DNA of 63,393 nucleotides, filler included, from Lenisia limosa (Eukaryota > Protista > Breviatea): the NCBI GenBank assembly GCA_001655205.1. It is 12 parts of 12 records of this genome, joined end to end, with 100 filler letters (N's around TTAATTAATTAA, not from the genome) between each part and the next. Parts side by side here need not be neighbours in the genome. Positions count along the whole stretch, not along the records: positions 10,974 to 35,641 come from LPNZ01006750.1; positions 35,742 to 39,133 come from LPNZ01009897.1; 10 more parts are not named here. The stretch is one strand, 5' to 3'. The first letter of the stretch is position 1, and each line of letters begins with the position of its first letter. The notes beneath the pieces were generated by a model. The model had not been told where the DNA came from. It was given only the letters and a program-made list of their open reading frames with translations, and ran no database searches. A program made the position numbers and the translations under genes. Shown piece by piece: positions 23,509 to 35,916 of the stretch.

Positions 23509-26100
23509 CTAACCATTAAAATTAGAAAAGCCACTCGCTGTGAAATGCAAAACAGACACCAAAAAATCTGAGGGATGAGATTCTGACGAGAATGTTCTAC
23601 TGGTGACCGCCACCAATCCATGTACCCCCACCCACCAATCCATATAACGGGCACTTGGCCGACGCTGTCGCCCGGTCCGACGCGTAGTGTCTTTGGAGGG
23701 GTCCCAAGGCACCCTAGACAGATATCGTGAGGAGGGGGGGGGGGNNNNNNNNNNNNNNNNNNNNNNNNNNNNNNNNNNNNNNNNNNNNNNNNNNNNNNNN
23801 NNNNNNNNNNNNNNNNNNNNNNNNNNNNNNNNNNNNNNNNNNNNNNNNNNNNNNNNNNNNNNNNNNNAAGTGCTGTCACAATTGAGGGCTAAAATAGTTA
23901 CAAAATAACAGAATGAGAAAGAAACCAATTGGATATCGTATCACTTTTGCAGTGATATGATACCTCATATCCACCTGTATGATAATTAACCGACAAGTCT
24001 CAGTGATACTCTGATACACTCGGGATGAACCCTCGTGTTATCTTCGTTCATCATTTCGACTTGAAAGTCGGTCATGATCATATCACTAGTGGATATGGTT
24101 AACATCTGCTCAAAATATATAAATCAATAATTTCCTTAAGACCCATGTCCAGACCTGGCGGAGGGTTTTCCTCAGCGGCTCCAATGACGGGCGCGGCGGC
24201 GGTCCTTTGGGGCTTGTTGGCGCTAAGAGAGTGAGAAAGAAGACAACACTCACCCGGTGTGGCTATTGAGCGAATGGCCAGGACGGGTGTTGCGACTTTG
24301 AAGGCTCCAAAAGAGGGTGTTGGACGGTTGATCTAAGATCATTAGCAAGTTCACTCAATATTTAGCACCAAAGCGTACCGGGGATATAGCCCTGGTTGGC
24401 AACTTCGCGCGAACTGGTGACGTGGCCTTTGGTTTGCCTGATGATCAGTTTTCTGTACCAAAATGGCGATAGGGGCCCATCGGTAATTTCTTACAAGATG
24501 CAAGTTCCGCAACCTTTGTTGACAAAATGATTCCCCGACCCCAGGCACCCAAGTTGACCTTTCATTTTATCACTATTAAAAAATTCGGAGTGTGAGATTA
24601 ATGCAGAGCTTTTAGACCCCAATACAACTAATAGTGGTGTATACCTGGAGTGGACAGAGACACAACCGGCTCAGCATTGTAAGTCGACAATGGACTCGGA
24701 GTTTCGGATGCCGTGGGGAAGAGAACCAACTTTATTGAGTTCTGTGGCAATGAGTCGAGAAAATTGGAAACCACTGCTAATACCTTTGGAGTAGACAGAG
24801 CATCCGAAGGATCGGGTGTTCCTGGAATGTTGTCAGGAGGGGGGGTTTCTAAACAGTCAGTGCTGAAAGTCAGTGTATTACGCTTTTCTTTAAAAAAAGA
24901 GAAGATTTACCTTTGATGGGGGTTTGCCTTGCATTGAGGGAGCAGAACCTTCCGCTTGGAGAACGCGAGAGAGGCGGCGGCGGAGTGGACGACACCAGCG
25001 GGGTGCTTGCCGTCTGAATAATGAGTTACATAAAGACGCTACCCACCGGTCTAGTTTCAGGCATGAGAATGTCGGTTGCCTGCAGGGCTCGTGACATGAT
25101 GAGATAAGGCAGGTTCGGATTCTTCGGATTAGTTCGATCAGGGATGTACCTTGAAAATTAGAGCGAGAACCTTATCATATTATATGTACATATCATATGT
25201 ACAGTACATGTATGTATGTATGTATACGTACATATGTGTATGTCGCAAAATGAGAAAAGTAATGAGATTTGGGTGTATGTTGTTCTCAAGCTGATTATGT
25301 TTTTATTTCCGTGTTGATGAAAAGTTACCTCAAAGCAACGCCCATCACCCTAGTTTTGATTTGTAGAACTCTATCGCCCGTTTGTTTTCTGAAGCGTAAG
25401 GCAATATGAACTCAGAGAAAACAACCCACGCTTGAAGACAGTCAGCTTGACACCCCTCATGTTGTATTTGGCTGAAATGACGTGTGCAAAGGTCATCAGA
25501 TGCCTACAAGATGACCTGATTTGGTGTGCATGTTTGATGGAGTTGAGCGATATGTCATAGGCTGTTGATAATTCCTATTGTAGTATACAATGTCAAAGGA
25601 GAGCAGATCCGGGCTCACTTTCCTAATCCACGACCAACAAAACTCTTGGCGATTTGAATTTCGTAACTAGATGGTCAGAGAGAAATAGGTCGGGGGTACT
25701 CTAACATCACCTCCCCCCACATATAGCCAAATGCATCACCCTCCTCTTCGACAAAACGAAGATGGATGAATCCAAGAATCTTGTTGCTTTCATTCTTGGC
25801 AATAATATATCTAGGAAGTCAAGCACGGAGTATGTTTTCAGAATAATTATAATATTAGCCTTCAAACCTGGCATCATCTTCGAAACATTCTTCTTTCTTG
25901 ATTGCGGGGTTCCATCCCCAGTCAGGTCCGGCTTCCTCATACCTACACCATGAGGCGAGGCCAGATGAGACCGTTACAAACATGGTCTTCATGTTGGCTT
26001 CCAGGATGGAGAACAGCGCTGTTTTCTCCGTGTTATGAAGCTTTTTTGCCCATTTGTAAGTGATATTAATATCCTCACTGAAAGGTGAAAATTTGATCCA
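23509..26100 (-). CDS. NAA40: N-alpha-acetyltransferase 40 (NatD) with long C-terminal extension; start uncertain
   Basis: Spliced ALFSILEANMKTMYEEAGPDWGWNPAIKKEECFEDDARYIIAKNESNKILGFIHLRFVEEEGDAFGYI-YEIQIAKSFVGRGLGKHLMTFAHVISAKYNMRGVKLTVFKQNKRAIEFYKSKLG aligns motif by motif with NAA40. Confidence 0.85.
23940..24104 (+). repeat. Family E copy 2 (intronic in NAA40)
   Basis: Near-identical to 5835-5968 and to the reverse complement of 36724-36935. Confidence 0.9.
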
Positions 26101-26726
26101 CAGCTTAGAGACTTACTTTCCTGAACGGAAAGTCCTAAAACGAGAAAACGGGTTTTTCGCGATCTGAAAGATTTTCTGAACCTAGTCGCGTTAATGTCTC
26201 GTTGATATAGTTGGAGAACTATTTTTGGGTGGAAGGCGTTGCAGAAGAGTAAAAGGTATCCACAATCCCTTAACTTACCTTGTTTGCGGCGGCAATTCTT
26301 GCGTAAGGCTTCTAAATAATGAACTTCAAGATACTCATGGGCGAAAAAAACCTTGGTTGGTGGAATGAAGCCCATTCTTGCTGACTATAGTGGAACCGCA
26401 GCTTCCTTTTCCATATCTTGTGCAGTTACCTCATTAGAATTATTTTATTATCCTCCAGTCCATCTATCATTGTTATTATTATTAAATGTGTTCTTGAATG
26501 CTTGACATTTTTTTATTTTTGGTTCACGCCGCCGGGCATTGATTTCCATTATTTAAGAGTAATTGCGGAGGAATCATCACGTGCAGTTTTGTGATACTAC
26601 TAGGAGACTAGGAGACAGTTGCGAGAAAGTGACAAGAATACTACATTTGTACTACATTGTTTGCTTTCATATGATATGTGTTTCGCGCATGGAAAACAAA
26701 AACTACCTATACATTGCTAAAATACA

Positions 26727-29700
26727 CTACATAGCCGATCTTTGTCTCTCGGCCTCCTTCTCCGCTGTAATCTTCGACTCAATTTGAACCTCGTCAATTG
26801 GGCCGATCTGAGAGGTCAGAACAAGATGGCACGCCAGAAATAACGTACCTCCTCCGCGTATTGTTGGAATCTTGCATTGGTTTCTGCACGGCCAAGGAGA
26901 CTAAAGCAGTAAGGTGCATCCCATTTTGTGCAGTAAAGTCTCTATTAAAACTAGGATCATAGAGATCCGGCGGTTGACTACAGCAGTGTAAAGCCCATTC
27001 AATCGTCTTCACCATTCACCCCTCCACCCACGCTAAGTGCTTTCCTCTTCGGGACAACACGGTGTCAACATGGGTGCGGTGCCGCACTGCTAACTCCAAC
27101 GCTCTACGGAGTTAACAAACACCCACAAAACAATATCATATCACAATATAATATATCTCTTCCCATCTAGGGGTAACCCACCTTTCCCAGTTGTAGAGCC
27201 TCAGATGCATTTCAATTGCTCGGAACGTGAGCCCAGCTTGGAGCTACAGAGTCATGACTAACGGACAGAGTATCAAAGTAGTATATGATATGATAATATT
27301 CTTTTATTTCTGAGATAGACATGGTCGTACTCATATAAAACAAGGTAGCACCTGGACGAAGCCGTACAAATAGAAAGAGACTACAGCCAAGCCGCCAACT
27401 AAGATGGCTTCGGCTTCGGCAGGCTCGCGGCGGAAGAGTGCCAACTCCGCGTTCCTTGCCTCAATGGTCGGGATTTCCTTGAGTTCCGCGAGATAGTGCA
27501 CCGTAGCAACCATTTCAATTGAGGCATAAGCCACTTCTGCTGTTCCTAACTCCTGGGGGGGGGGGGGGNNNNNNNNNNNNNNNNNNNNNNNNNNNNNNNN
27601 NNNNNNNNNNNNNNNNNNNNNNNNNNNNNNNNNNNNNNNNNNNNNNNNNNNTTGAGACGGTGTACGCAAGCAAACCTTCGCTTCAATTGCCATTCCTGCC
27701 AGTGCTGCCCAAAGCGATTTATCATTCACAACTCGACAAAGCCTGAAAGGTGACACCAAGAAGTACTTCCCTGCCTTGATCTATTTTCCGTGACCAAGGT
27801 TGGAAAAGACAACATATCAATCCAGGATTTTCATTCAATTTCAGTCCATGGTAACACTACACACCTCAGGGCTTCTTCCCAGTCCGCGTTCTGGAACAGG
27901 CGGTAGAGTGTCGGCGGATGTGGCGAGACACCTGAGGGAAACTTGTCAGATTCTCAACAATATGTAGAAATCACGGAAGCTCAGGTTGTGGCTAGTCAAA
28001 ACCATTAGCATCGTGATTGTAAAAGATAAATATTTGAAATACAAACATATCAATGCAATAATATTGTGCATTGTGCATAACATATAACAATGCAATAATA
28101 TTGTGCATAACGTATATCAATGCAATAATATTGTGCATAACATGATTATAACAAACTTTCCTTCTGAAAAATCGGTCAAGACTAACTATGGTCAATGTAT
28201 ATTGGGGATTGGCGAAGCATTATAATCTCAAGCCAGCAAGATGGCACCCACTTGTGAAATGCAGGCCTCCAGAGGCCAGACGTGACACCACCTGTTTGTC
28301 ATCAGTGTGGGAAATAAACAAAAAGAGTACAAAGAGATGAGCATTACCTGAGAATAGCCATGAGAGATCACTGTAGTGTGTACATCGAAAGGCCCATCGT
28401 AGGAGGTCTGGAAGATGAAAATCACCAACGGAGAAGAAATAGCCCCCACCACTCCTACGGAAATGAGGTTTTTGAGATCCGGGTCGACAAGACAGGCCTG
28501 GGGGTAGGTCCACACCACAAGGCGGCAGTCAGTGAGGACGGACAGGATAGGAGCAGTCGCGTGCCAACTCATCGATGTCACCATCTGGGGGGGGGGGTAA
28601 AANNNNNNNNNNNNNNNNNNNNNNNNNNNNNNNNNNNNNNNNNNNNNNNNNNNNNNNNNNNNNNNNNNNNNNNNNNNNNNNAAGAGGCTCTATTATGGTC
28701 AGCATACATTTGCAAGGTTGACTGGTGCGGGCTTTGTCACGTTTGAGATGAATAATTCTCCACTAACGTCAACAAATGCAACCTGAATTAATGAGAAAAT
28801 AATATTTATCATTTCAGTATTGTAGTTGTATTGTTTAGAGTGAACCGGAAGAATTCATGTTCTTCAGCATACAACGGGTTGAGAACCAGGAGCAGCAAAG
28901 ACAGAAACGGCACTAATCTTTTCCTTGTGGACAATTTGACCAATTGCTCTTCCGGTGGTCGGTTGAAACACTGTACAAGTCAGTTACCGAAGTTCAACAA
29001 AGCCAAATAAAGTAACAATGGACCCCCACCCCACCCTTGGCCGTCTTCGGAGCAGCAGAGTCAACAACAACGACACTGTCTTCGGAAATGGAGAGGTTCG
29101 AAGGCCGCAGTAAGTCGCCTCGGATGCCAGGAATCTGAGGGTCAGAATATGGCAACAATGGCCACGTAGGATGGAGCCTACCTTGAGAGCCGCCACGGGA
29201 TGCCCCTCGAAATCAAACACCCTCAGGNNNNNNNNNNNNNNNNNNNNNNNNNNTTGAACTCCGTCCGCCGTCACAAAGTGTCTGAGGGTCAGTGAACGGT
29301 TCGCTGAGTATTTAATATGTAAACCCCAGTTGAACCACAGCTCACTTGCTGGACATTGTGATGAGCGAAGGCGGTACTTTGGTGTCAACAATGGCAGGCA
29401 TGTCCCAGGCTCCGCTGCTGTAACAGTATATCTGTGTAGTGGTGGCAACAACCAAGTGGTCGTGCCCGAGTTCGAACTAAATTGTTAGTAAAGGTAATGA
29501 TTTAATTGTTGAATTAATAATATGATGCAAATATCCAATGGAGCTAATTACAATGACTTGATAGGGTGTTTCGTCCTGCTTATTTCTGCATAGAGGAGAA
29601 CTTGACGCTGCAACTCACCATAGTAATGGGGTCACGAACTTTCAAGTCTTCAGTTGATCCGTTGATAGCGTCATGCAGGTATACTGGGAAGTTAGAACCT

Positions 29701-31605
29701 AATGTTGCGCCACTCCCCGGATATACGCCTACATGATGAAGCGTCTGTCTGGCGAATAAGAAGGGATGCACCGGACTTCTCTTTTCCGACCAAACGGCAC
29801 TGGCTGATTTCTCCGGAGGCGGACCCAGTTGCAATCTGGGAATGAGTGTTGAGGGTGCCAACGGAAGAAAGGGGAAATGTCGAAATTTATTGAGATTTAT
29901 TGAGGCTTGTCTTTCTGATTAGAACTGAAACAAATCTGTTTAAAGACAACCAAGGCGTACCAGGGTGCCGTCAGGGGACCACGAAGTTGAGACTATGCTG
30001 CCGGGGGCATCAAAAGTGGCTCTAGTGCTGGTCCATCCCTGCGTCAAAACCACCCGCACGGCAGAAAACTCTCCCACAGCCAGCTCCGAGCCATCAGCAC
30101 GCCATGATACGTGGTTTGTGGGGTAGGGCGAGGCGGGAGACGAGTGTATTGTTCTATTTTGTGAAACTGGCTNNNNNNNNNNNNNNNNNNNNNNNNNNNN
30201 NNNNNNNNNNNNNNNNNNNNNNNNNNNNNNNNNNNNNNNNNNNNNNNNNNNNNNNNAATACATTCTTTAATGCAAAAAAAGGCCCGACATACCTTCCGAA
30301 CGCATCGAACACCTTGAACTTGCCATCTTCCGAGCCTGAGGCGATATAGCCTGTCACAGCGGACCACGAGAGGGACAACACCAACCCGTCATGGGCTGTT
30401 GATGTTACGAAGATTATAAGTTGGTACTCTACGCTGCTATGGCACAATGAGAACATGGCATCTAAAAGAACACCCCAGCAACCCTTAAACTCTGTTTGTT
30501 TGGCTGATGGTTGGAGGGGGCGGAGGATAATGCTGTTACCATGGGTGTAGGCAATCTGGTCTCCTGCAGCAGACCATTCCAAAGAATAAACGGATTTGCC
30601 TAAAGTATCAACTCAGGAATCCGACAAGCTGTGTGTACGGATAATCAAAGGACTATACGGAGGCCCAGAGGCCTTCTCACCAGTGTGTGGAAGAGTAGAA
30701 CGAAGGATCCCCGACTTTGACCAGATTTTTATGAAGCCGTCTTCTCCTCCTGTTGCTAGCGCCGCGCCTGGGTGAGGTTAAAGCTTGTAAAAAGAGTATT
30801 GGAAACAGTTGAAATGCGAAATGTTATTGTGATGTTCGATTGGAAAGAGTAGACCCATACCATCAGCACTCCACTTCAGGCTAAGAATGGCCCCCTTATG
30901 GGCGTCAGTTTTCTTATCCACGCGACCGGACGCGTTGAGCAGCCGCAGCCCGCCATCACTGCTTCCCACTGCAAACGTCTACATTATGAGAACAGGAGCT
31001 GCTTTAGTGGAATCCGGGAAGGGTGACGTGACAGCGTGGTGTGACAGTTGTATTGAACTGCAAGAGAATCGATCCTATGTTTGCACTTCAAACAAAATTG
31101 TGCCCTTGCTCACCTCCACGCCGCTAGTTTTACCGGGGGGAGTGGGAGCCAGGGCCATTGCGGTGGGGTGCAGGTCGGCAAGGCTGAACATGTCCTGCCC
31201 AACTTCACTAAACTGTCAGAAGAAAAAATCTGCAAGCTAAAGCGCAATGCGCTAAGTTTTTGAAATAATAATAAAACAACAATATTGAAGAAATTAAGAA
31301 AGACAGAAAGTTGCAAAACAAAGAGAACAGCAATGGAATGGAAACGGCAACAAAAATGTTGAACAGAGGAAGTAACGGTAAAGGGAGGGAAGACCTACAT
31401 ACCCATTTTTCCATTTAATAAACTTTCCATCATCTCCACAAGTCACTAAATCGCCCGAACGAAGCCAGGCAGCTCCAGTAACTGGGCCATCATCTGAAGA
31501 TCGGGTTAGCAAAGCAACTTTTTGGGAGCTGGGTCCATAATTTTGGCAAAATCTAGAAGTAAACCCACGTTTACACGACGATAGCTGGTTGGTAAGTACT
31601 TGCAT
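26727..31605 (-). CDS. IFT80: Intraflagellar transport protein 80 (WD40); start uncertain
   Basis: Exons give [97 protein letters not shown]...[52 protein letters not shown] and [18 protein letters not shown]. Confidence 0.93.
28040..28142. repeat. About 30-bp palindromic minisatellite in an IFT80 intron
   Basis: ATATCAATGCAATAATATTGTGCATAAC repeated about 3 times. Confidence 0.8.
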
Positions 31606-32199
31606 TGGTGACTAAATAGGAAGAATTACAACATTGTTTGATTTCAAGTAATAAGATTCGTATTAAATTTTTAAATAAAAATATAATCAAATTAAACAAT
31701 AAAATATTGAAATCCTGTGAAGTGAAAATCAGTTCCCTGTTCAATCTAATATTTATATATTATTAAACTGGGGGTCCGTCTATCCGATCTATCCTGGTTC
31801 GGTATTCACTTTTGCTGCGTCACGATTCGACGGTCTGATGGTCTGATTGGGATTTCAGAATTTCAGAAACACTCTATTCCTCGTTGACTTCTTGACTCCT
31901 CGGCTTCGCCACCAATTCGCCACCCCACATTGACCCTGCTGTGAATCTCTGGTGATTCGTGAAACAGAACTTGTACCCATCACATTTGCATCACATCATC
32001 ATCATCACATTCGCACAACATTCGCAACTATTGCTCTCTTGCTCATCTCCTATCGTAAAATCGTGAAAGATAAAGACAAAAAAAGACAAATATATCTAAA
32101 AAAACATAAAAGCAGCTTTACAAAATACAAAGCAATATTGAAGCAACACTAAAACAGTTGGACAATAAAGGTAGAAAGGTATGTAATATATGGCAAACA

Positions 32200-35100
32200 C
32201 TTATAAAGAGACTGTTTTGTTATCAGTGATGAAACGATAAAGGAGTTGCTTTGCGCTTTCGACATAACCCTGTAGATATGAGAAGTGTTATGAAATGGGT
32301 GCGACTCACATTTGTGTGGTCAAGACTCATTGAAAATCTCATTTGGATGAAGTGACGCAGATGTTTCACAATTTTGTGACCTTCTCCATCCAGTTGGTAC
32401 CACAGTTCAACTACTCAACGTCAAGACGAAGCAGTTATGATTTTGGTCCTTGAGATTTCGGTTCGACTGTTCATGATCCATTCTCTTACCTTTCTCGTCA
32501 CCGCAGATAACCATACTTGTATTCTGTCTCGCTGTTGATTCCTTGTTCTAATGTATGAAAAAGGAGCTAACAGCGAACATGGTAAAAAAAACCTTACAAT
32601 AAAGATGGCAACAATGTTCTCTTTCAGTCGGTTCAAATTGTAAGGCATAATTGTTGCATCCTAATTGGTCAGGTCACGACAAAGTGACAAAAAGTACCCT
32701 ATCCGAAATTGATGTCGAAGCCATGGATATCGGTTTTGGTTTTGCAATAATATGCACTTCAGCACCAATAGCTCTGTTTTCCTCTCACATACCTTCAGAT
32801 AAATAGCAATATCACGCTTTTTTGTGACAGTTGAAGTGGCTTGAGAGCCGAATACTAAAACATGATCCCAAAGAATTCACGTTAGATTATCTTGCTCCCC
32901 TCCAGCCCACATAAGACATTTTTGCCTTCAACTTGAGGGGGAAGTAAAAGAGGAAATGCAGCTGACAATTTGTCCAATCGGATCGTTTTAGTTGATTTGA
33001 TCTTAAACAGTAATAGGCTTTAATTTAACAAACAGTGGCTTCAATTTCGTGGCTAAAGCGAGGTGGCATACACGGAAGGCTGGAAGCATCTTCGCTCCGC
33101 ATATTCACCTGTCGTCTCTAGACAATAACTACATTCTTGGCGGAACTCCAAACGCCAAGCTAACATTTTCATGGCGGAAGATGCTAAGTAGAACAGCGGT
33201 ACGCGGAACGCTTGTATCAGTGCTGTTGGGAGCAATATATGGTTTGGAGAAATGAAGAACTGTCTGGTTCATTCCCTGGAAACGTAAACGGGCCATGAAG
33301 TACGTCAACATCGCATTGCGTGATATAATTTTCCGATTATCACATCCTATCACCTGCCCCCGCCTACTGGTGAACTTGCTTTCACATGTCCCATCTAAAC
33401 CATGAAAAATGTCCAGCAATAATTACCATTGTATGCTGGTGAGGCATACAGAAAGCTGTGTGCAAAGAGTTGTAAGGCGAATGATTGTGTGAATTAAAAC
33501 CTATAACCCAATATATCTTATAAGCGTGATGAGTTGGACAGCTTCGGTAAGATAGAGCATTGTTTTAGATTTATCATCTCTTGACATATCATTTTTGTAG
33601 TACGATATTACTAAATATGTAGAAATGAAAAAAATAAAGCGGTTCATTAAGTTTATAAGAGATATTATTTCTAGTCTTATAATATTTCAATCACAGACCA
33701 ACTTACTTTTTGTTTTTTGACAGTGTCAACAATGTAGTCCAAATTCTGTGTCGATACTTCACGAGGAACCTAGAAGTCAAAATTTACAATAGTTTTTAAA
33801 CGTTCTGAGATAATCAAGACATACTAGGAGGGTGTCATAGTACTTGCTGCTCGATCTCCTGGCAGCTTTGTCCAGCTTGAAGTGTAAAATGAACTGTGTT
33901 GGACTGGTAACTCAAACCCCGCTCACATTGACCCAATGGGTGGTATATGAAGAGGCCAGAATGACTGAAAGTAGCAACACCTGTTGGTCGGCATCTTGGA
34001 AGTTGTGTTCGATACTGTAGAGGCTTTCAGGCAAGCCGGAGTCAATGTACTCAATCTTCGTTGCAGTGGGAAATTGTAAAATTAAGTTCGTTAAGGCATT
34101 GCCTGTTGTTGAGGCCAATTGGTGGTGGCGTTGAGGTGTATCATAAAGATGGGTTGCAATTTGATTTTGTGCCTGTCTCTCCGATTCAGGTGAACTGGAA
34201 TGTGAGTGCTGAATGTAAAGTCACTCAAACCAACATGATCCGTCTTTCCTGGTTGTCAACACCACAGTATCCAACATCGTCTTCGGCATCCATGTCTTCA
34301 TCTTCATCATCTGACCCGCTGACAATATTGAGGTAGGCTTTTTCACTAAAAAATCAGAAGCACATGGAACTATCCCCAGGATATTGTAACCCATCCCACA
34401 AGTTAGCCTCTTCATCTTCCTCATATACTGTGCGAGCGCTCTTTTGTCGGGGATCCTTGTAATGCGGCTTTCTGTGGATAGAACGCTGAAAGGTTACTTC
34501 AAAGTGTTGTCACTCATACGTTGTACTCATGTAGGCTGCTTTCGATTTGTCGAACAGTGTCATCAATTTCAGTGAACCAGAACAGAGACAACCACTTGTC
34601 TTCGCACCATTGTGTTTCCTATCAGGTGAAAAATGGAAAAGGGTACACAATGCATGCTGCACCCAGACTCTTAAATATGAGAACGCTCTCAATACACCAC
34701 CCACCTCTTCAAGACTTGCGTTGGGATTCTTTCTTCTCCAATCCTTCCAAACCGTATAGGCGTGAGCACCCGCAAGTGTGTCACTAAACGCTCAGTACAT
34801 AAAAATACCAACCTAAAAGAGAATAAACCAACACTTCCATACCTTCTACTCGACACCTTTTGTGAGTACTCCTGATTGGTCGTGAAGCTTTCAATTGGCT
34901 TGGAGGGTGTCATTTTGATTGGTGATCTGCCCCGAGAAAGCACGGCAGCAATTGGGATTCCCTCCTTTAGCAAACCAAAGGCAAAGCACTTACACAAGAA
35001 GCTGGCTACAGGGGTGATCGCTCATAACAAAAGAGTGTAATCACAAATGAAGGATTGGCAAAAAACACCGCTTCATGTTAACCCTTTACCAGCATTAACA

Positions 35101-35470
35101 GTCAGGGGTAGTGAAGATGCCATTTTTCCAAAGTCTGTCAGAGTCATTGTCCCTTCCATACCACCGTCATCAGAAATGCCGACTGCTGGATACTCATGGG
35201 GTATTGAGATCATTCCTGTATAGTAAGATACTTTAGCGAGCAGCGTGGGCTGACACTTTGGTTTGAAAAGACAAGCATTATAGTACAATAAAAAGTATTA
35301 CATCTTTATGTGTTCAAAGTTGAAGCCTTATTGGGAATCCTTTCAAACCAGCATTGACAAGGACCTGTTTCGCAGAATTTAGGGCACTTAGGCTTGGTTC
35401 AGCTGGGCAGTAGTTCAAAAACTCGGGAATGGAAATATTGAAGTGGAGAAGACGAAGGATTACCTGTTGG
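32200..35470 (-). CDS. DEAH/RHA RNA helicase-like gene, C-terminal part (HA2 onward); 5' part lost in gap
   Basis: VILRLLHFNISIPEFLNYCPAEPSLSALNSAKQVLVNAG, MTLTDFGKMASSLPL, CFAFGLLKEGIPIAAVLS, SDTLAGAHAYTVW and QWCEDKWLS...IDDTVRQIESSL match the HA2 and following motifs. Confidence 0.75.
33431..33550 (+). repeat. Family D copy
   Basis: GTATGCTGGTGAGGCATACAGAAAGCTGTGTGCAAAGAGTTGTAAGGCGAATGATTG. Confidence 0.85.
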
Positions 35471-35916
35471 ACGGTCAAGAAAACCCTATACTTGGGTATA
35501 GTGGGCAATAAAAGAAATAAAAACTACTATATATCATATCATGATATATGATATACTATATAGCATATCACACCGTCCATATATCTGTGAATTTTCCTCT
35601 ATCTGTGAAAAAAAGCCAACTGAACATTTTCCTTGATAGAANNNNNNNNNNNNNNNNNNNNNNNNNNNNNNNNNNNNNNNNNNNNTTAATTAATTAANNN
35701 NNNNNNNNNNNNNNNNNNNNNNNNNNNNNNNNNNNNNNNNNGACTCCCCTTCAAAATCAACTCCATGATCAATTGTCAAAAACGACGGTGAAAAACAAGA
35801 AACAAAAAGAGCCAGGGTGGGTGGGGCGCTTATTCAAGAATGTACGGAGCAAGAAAAACAGTCTCAAAGAAAGTGTGAATAGAGTACTGAAGTGTGGATA
35901 GAGATATTAAACTGAC

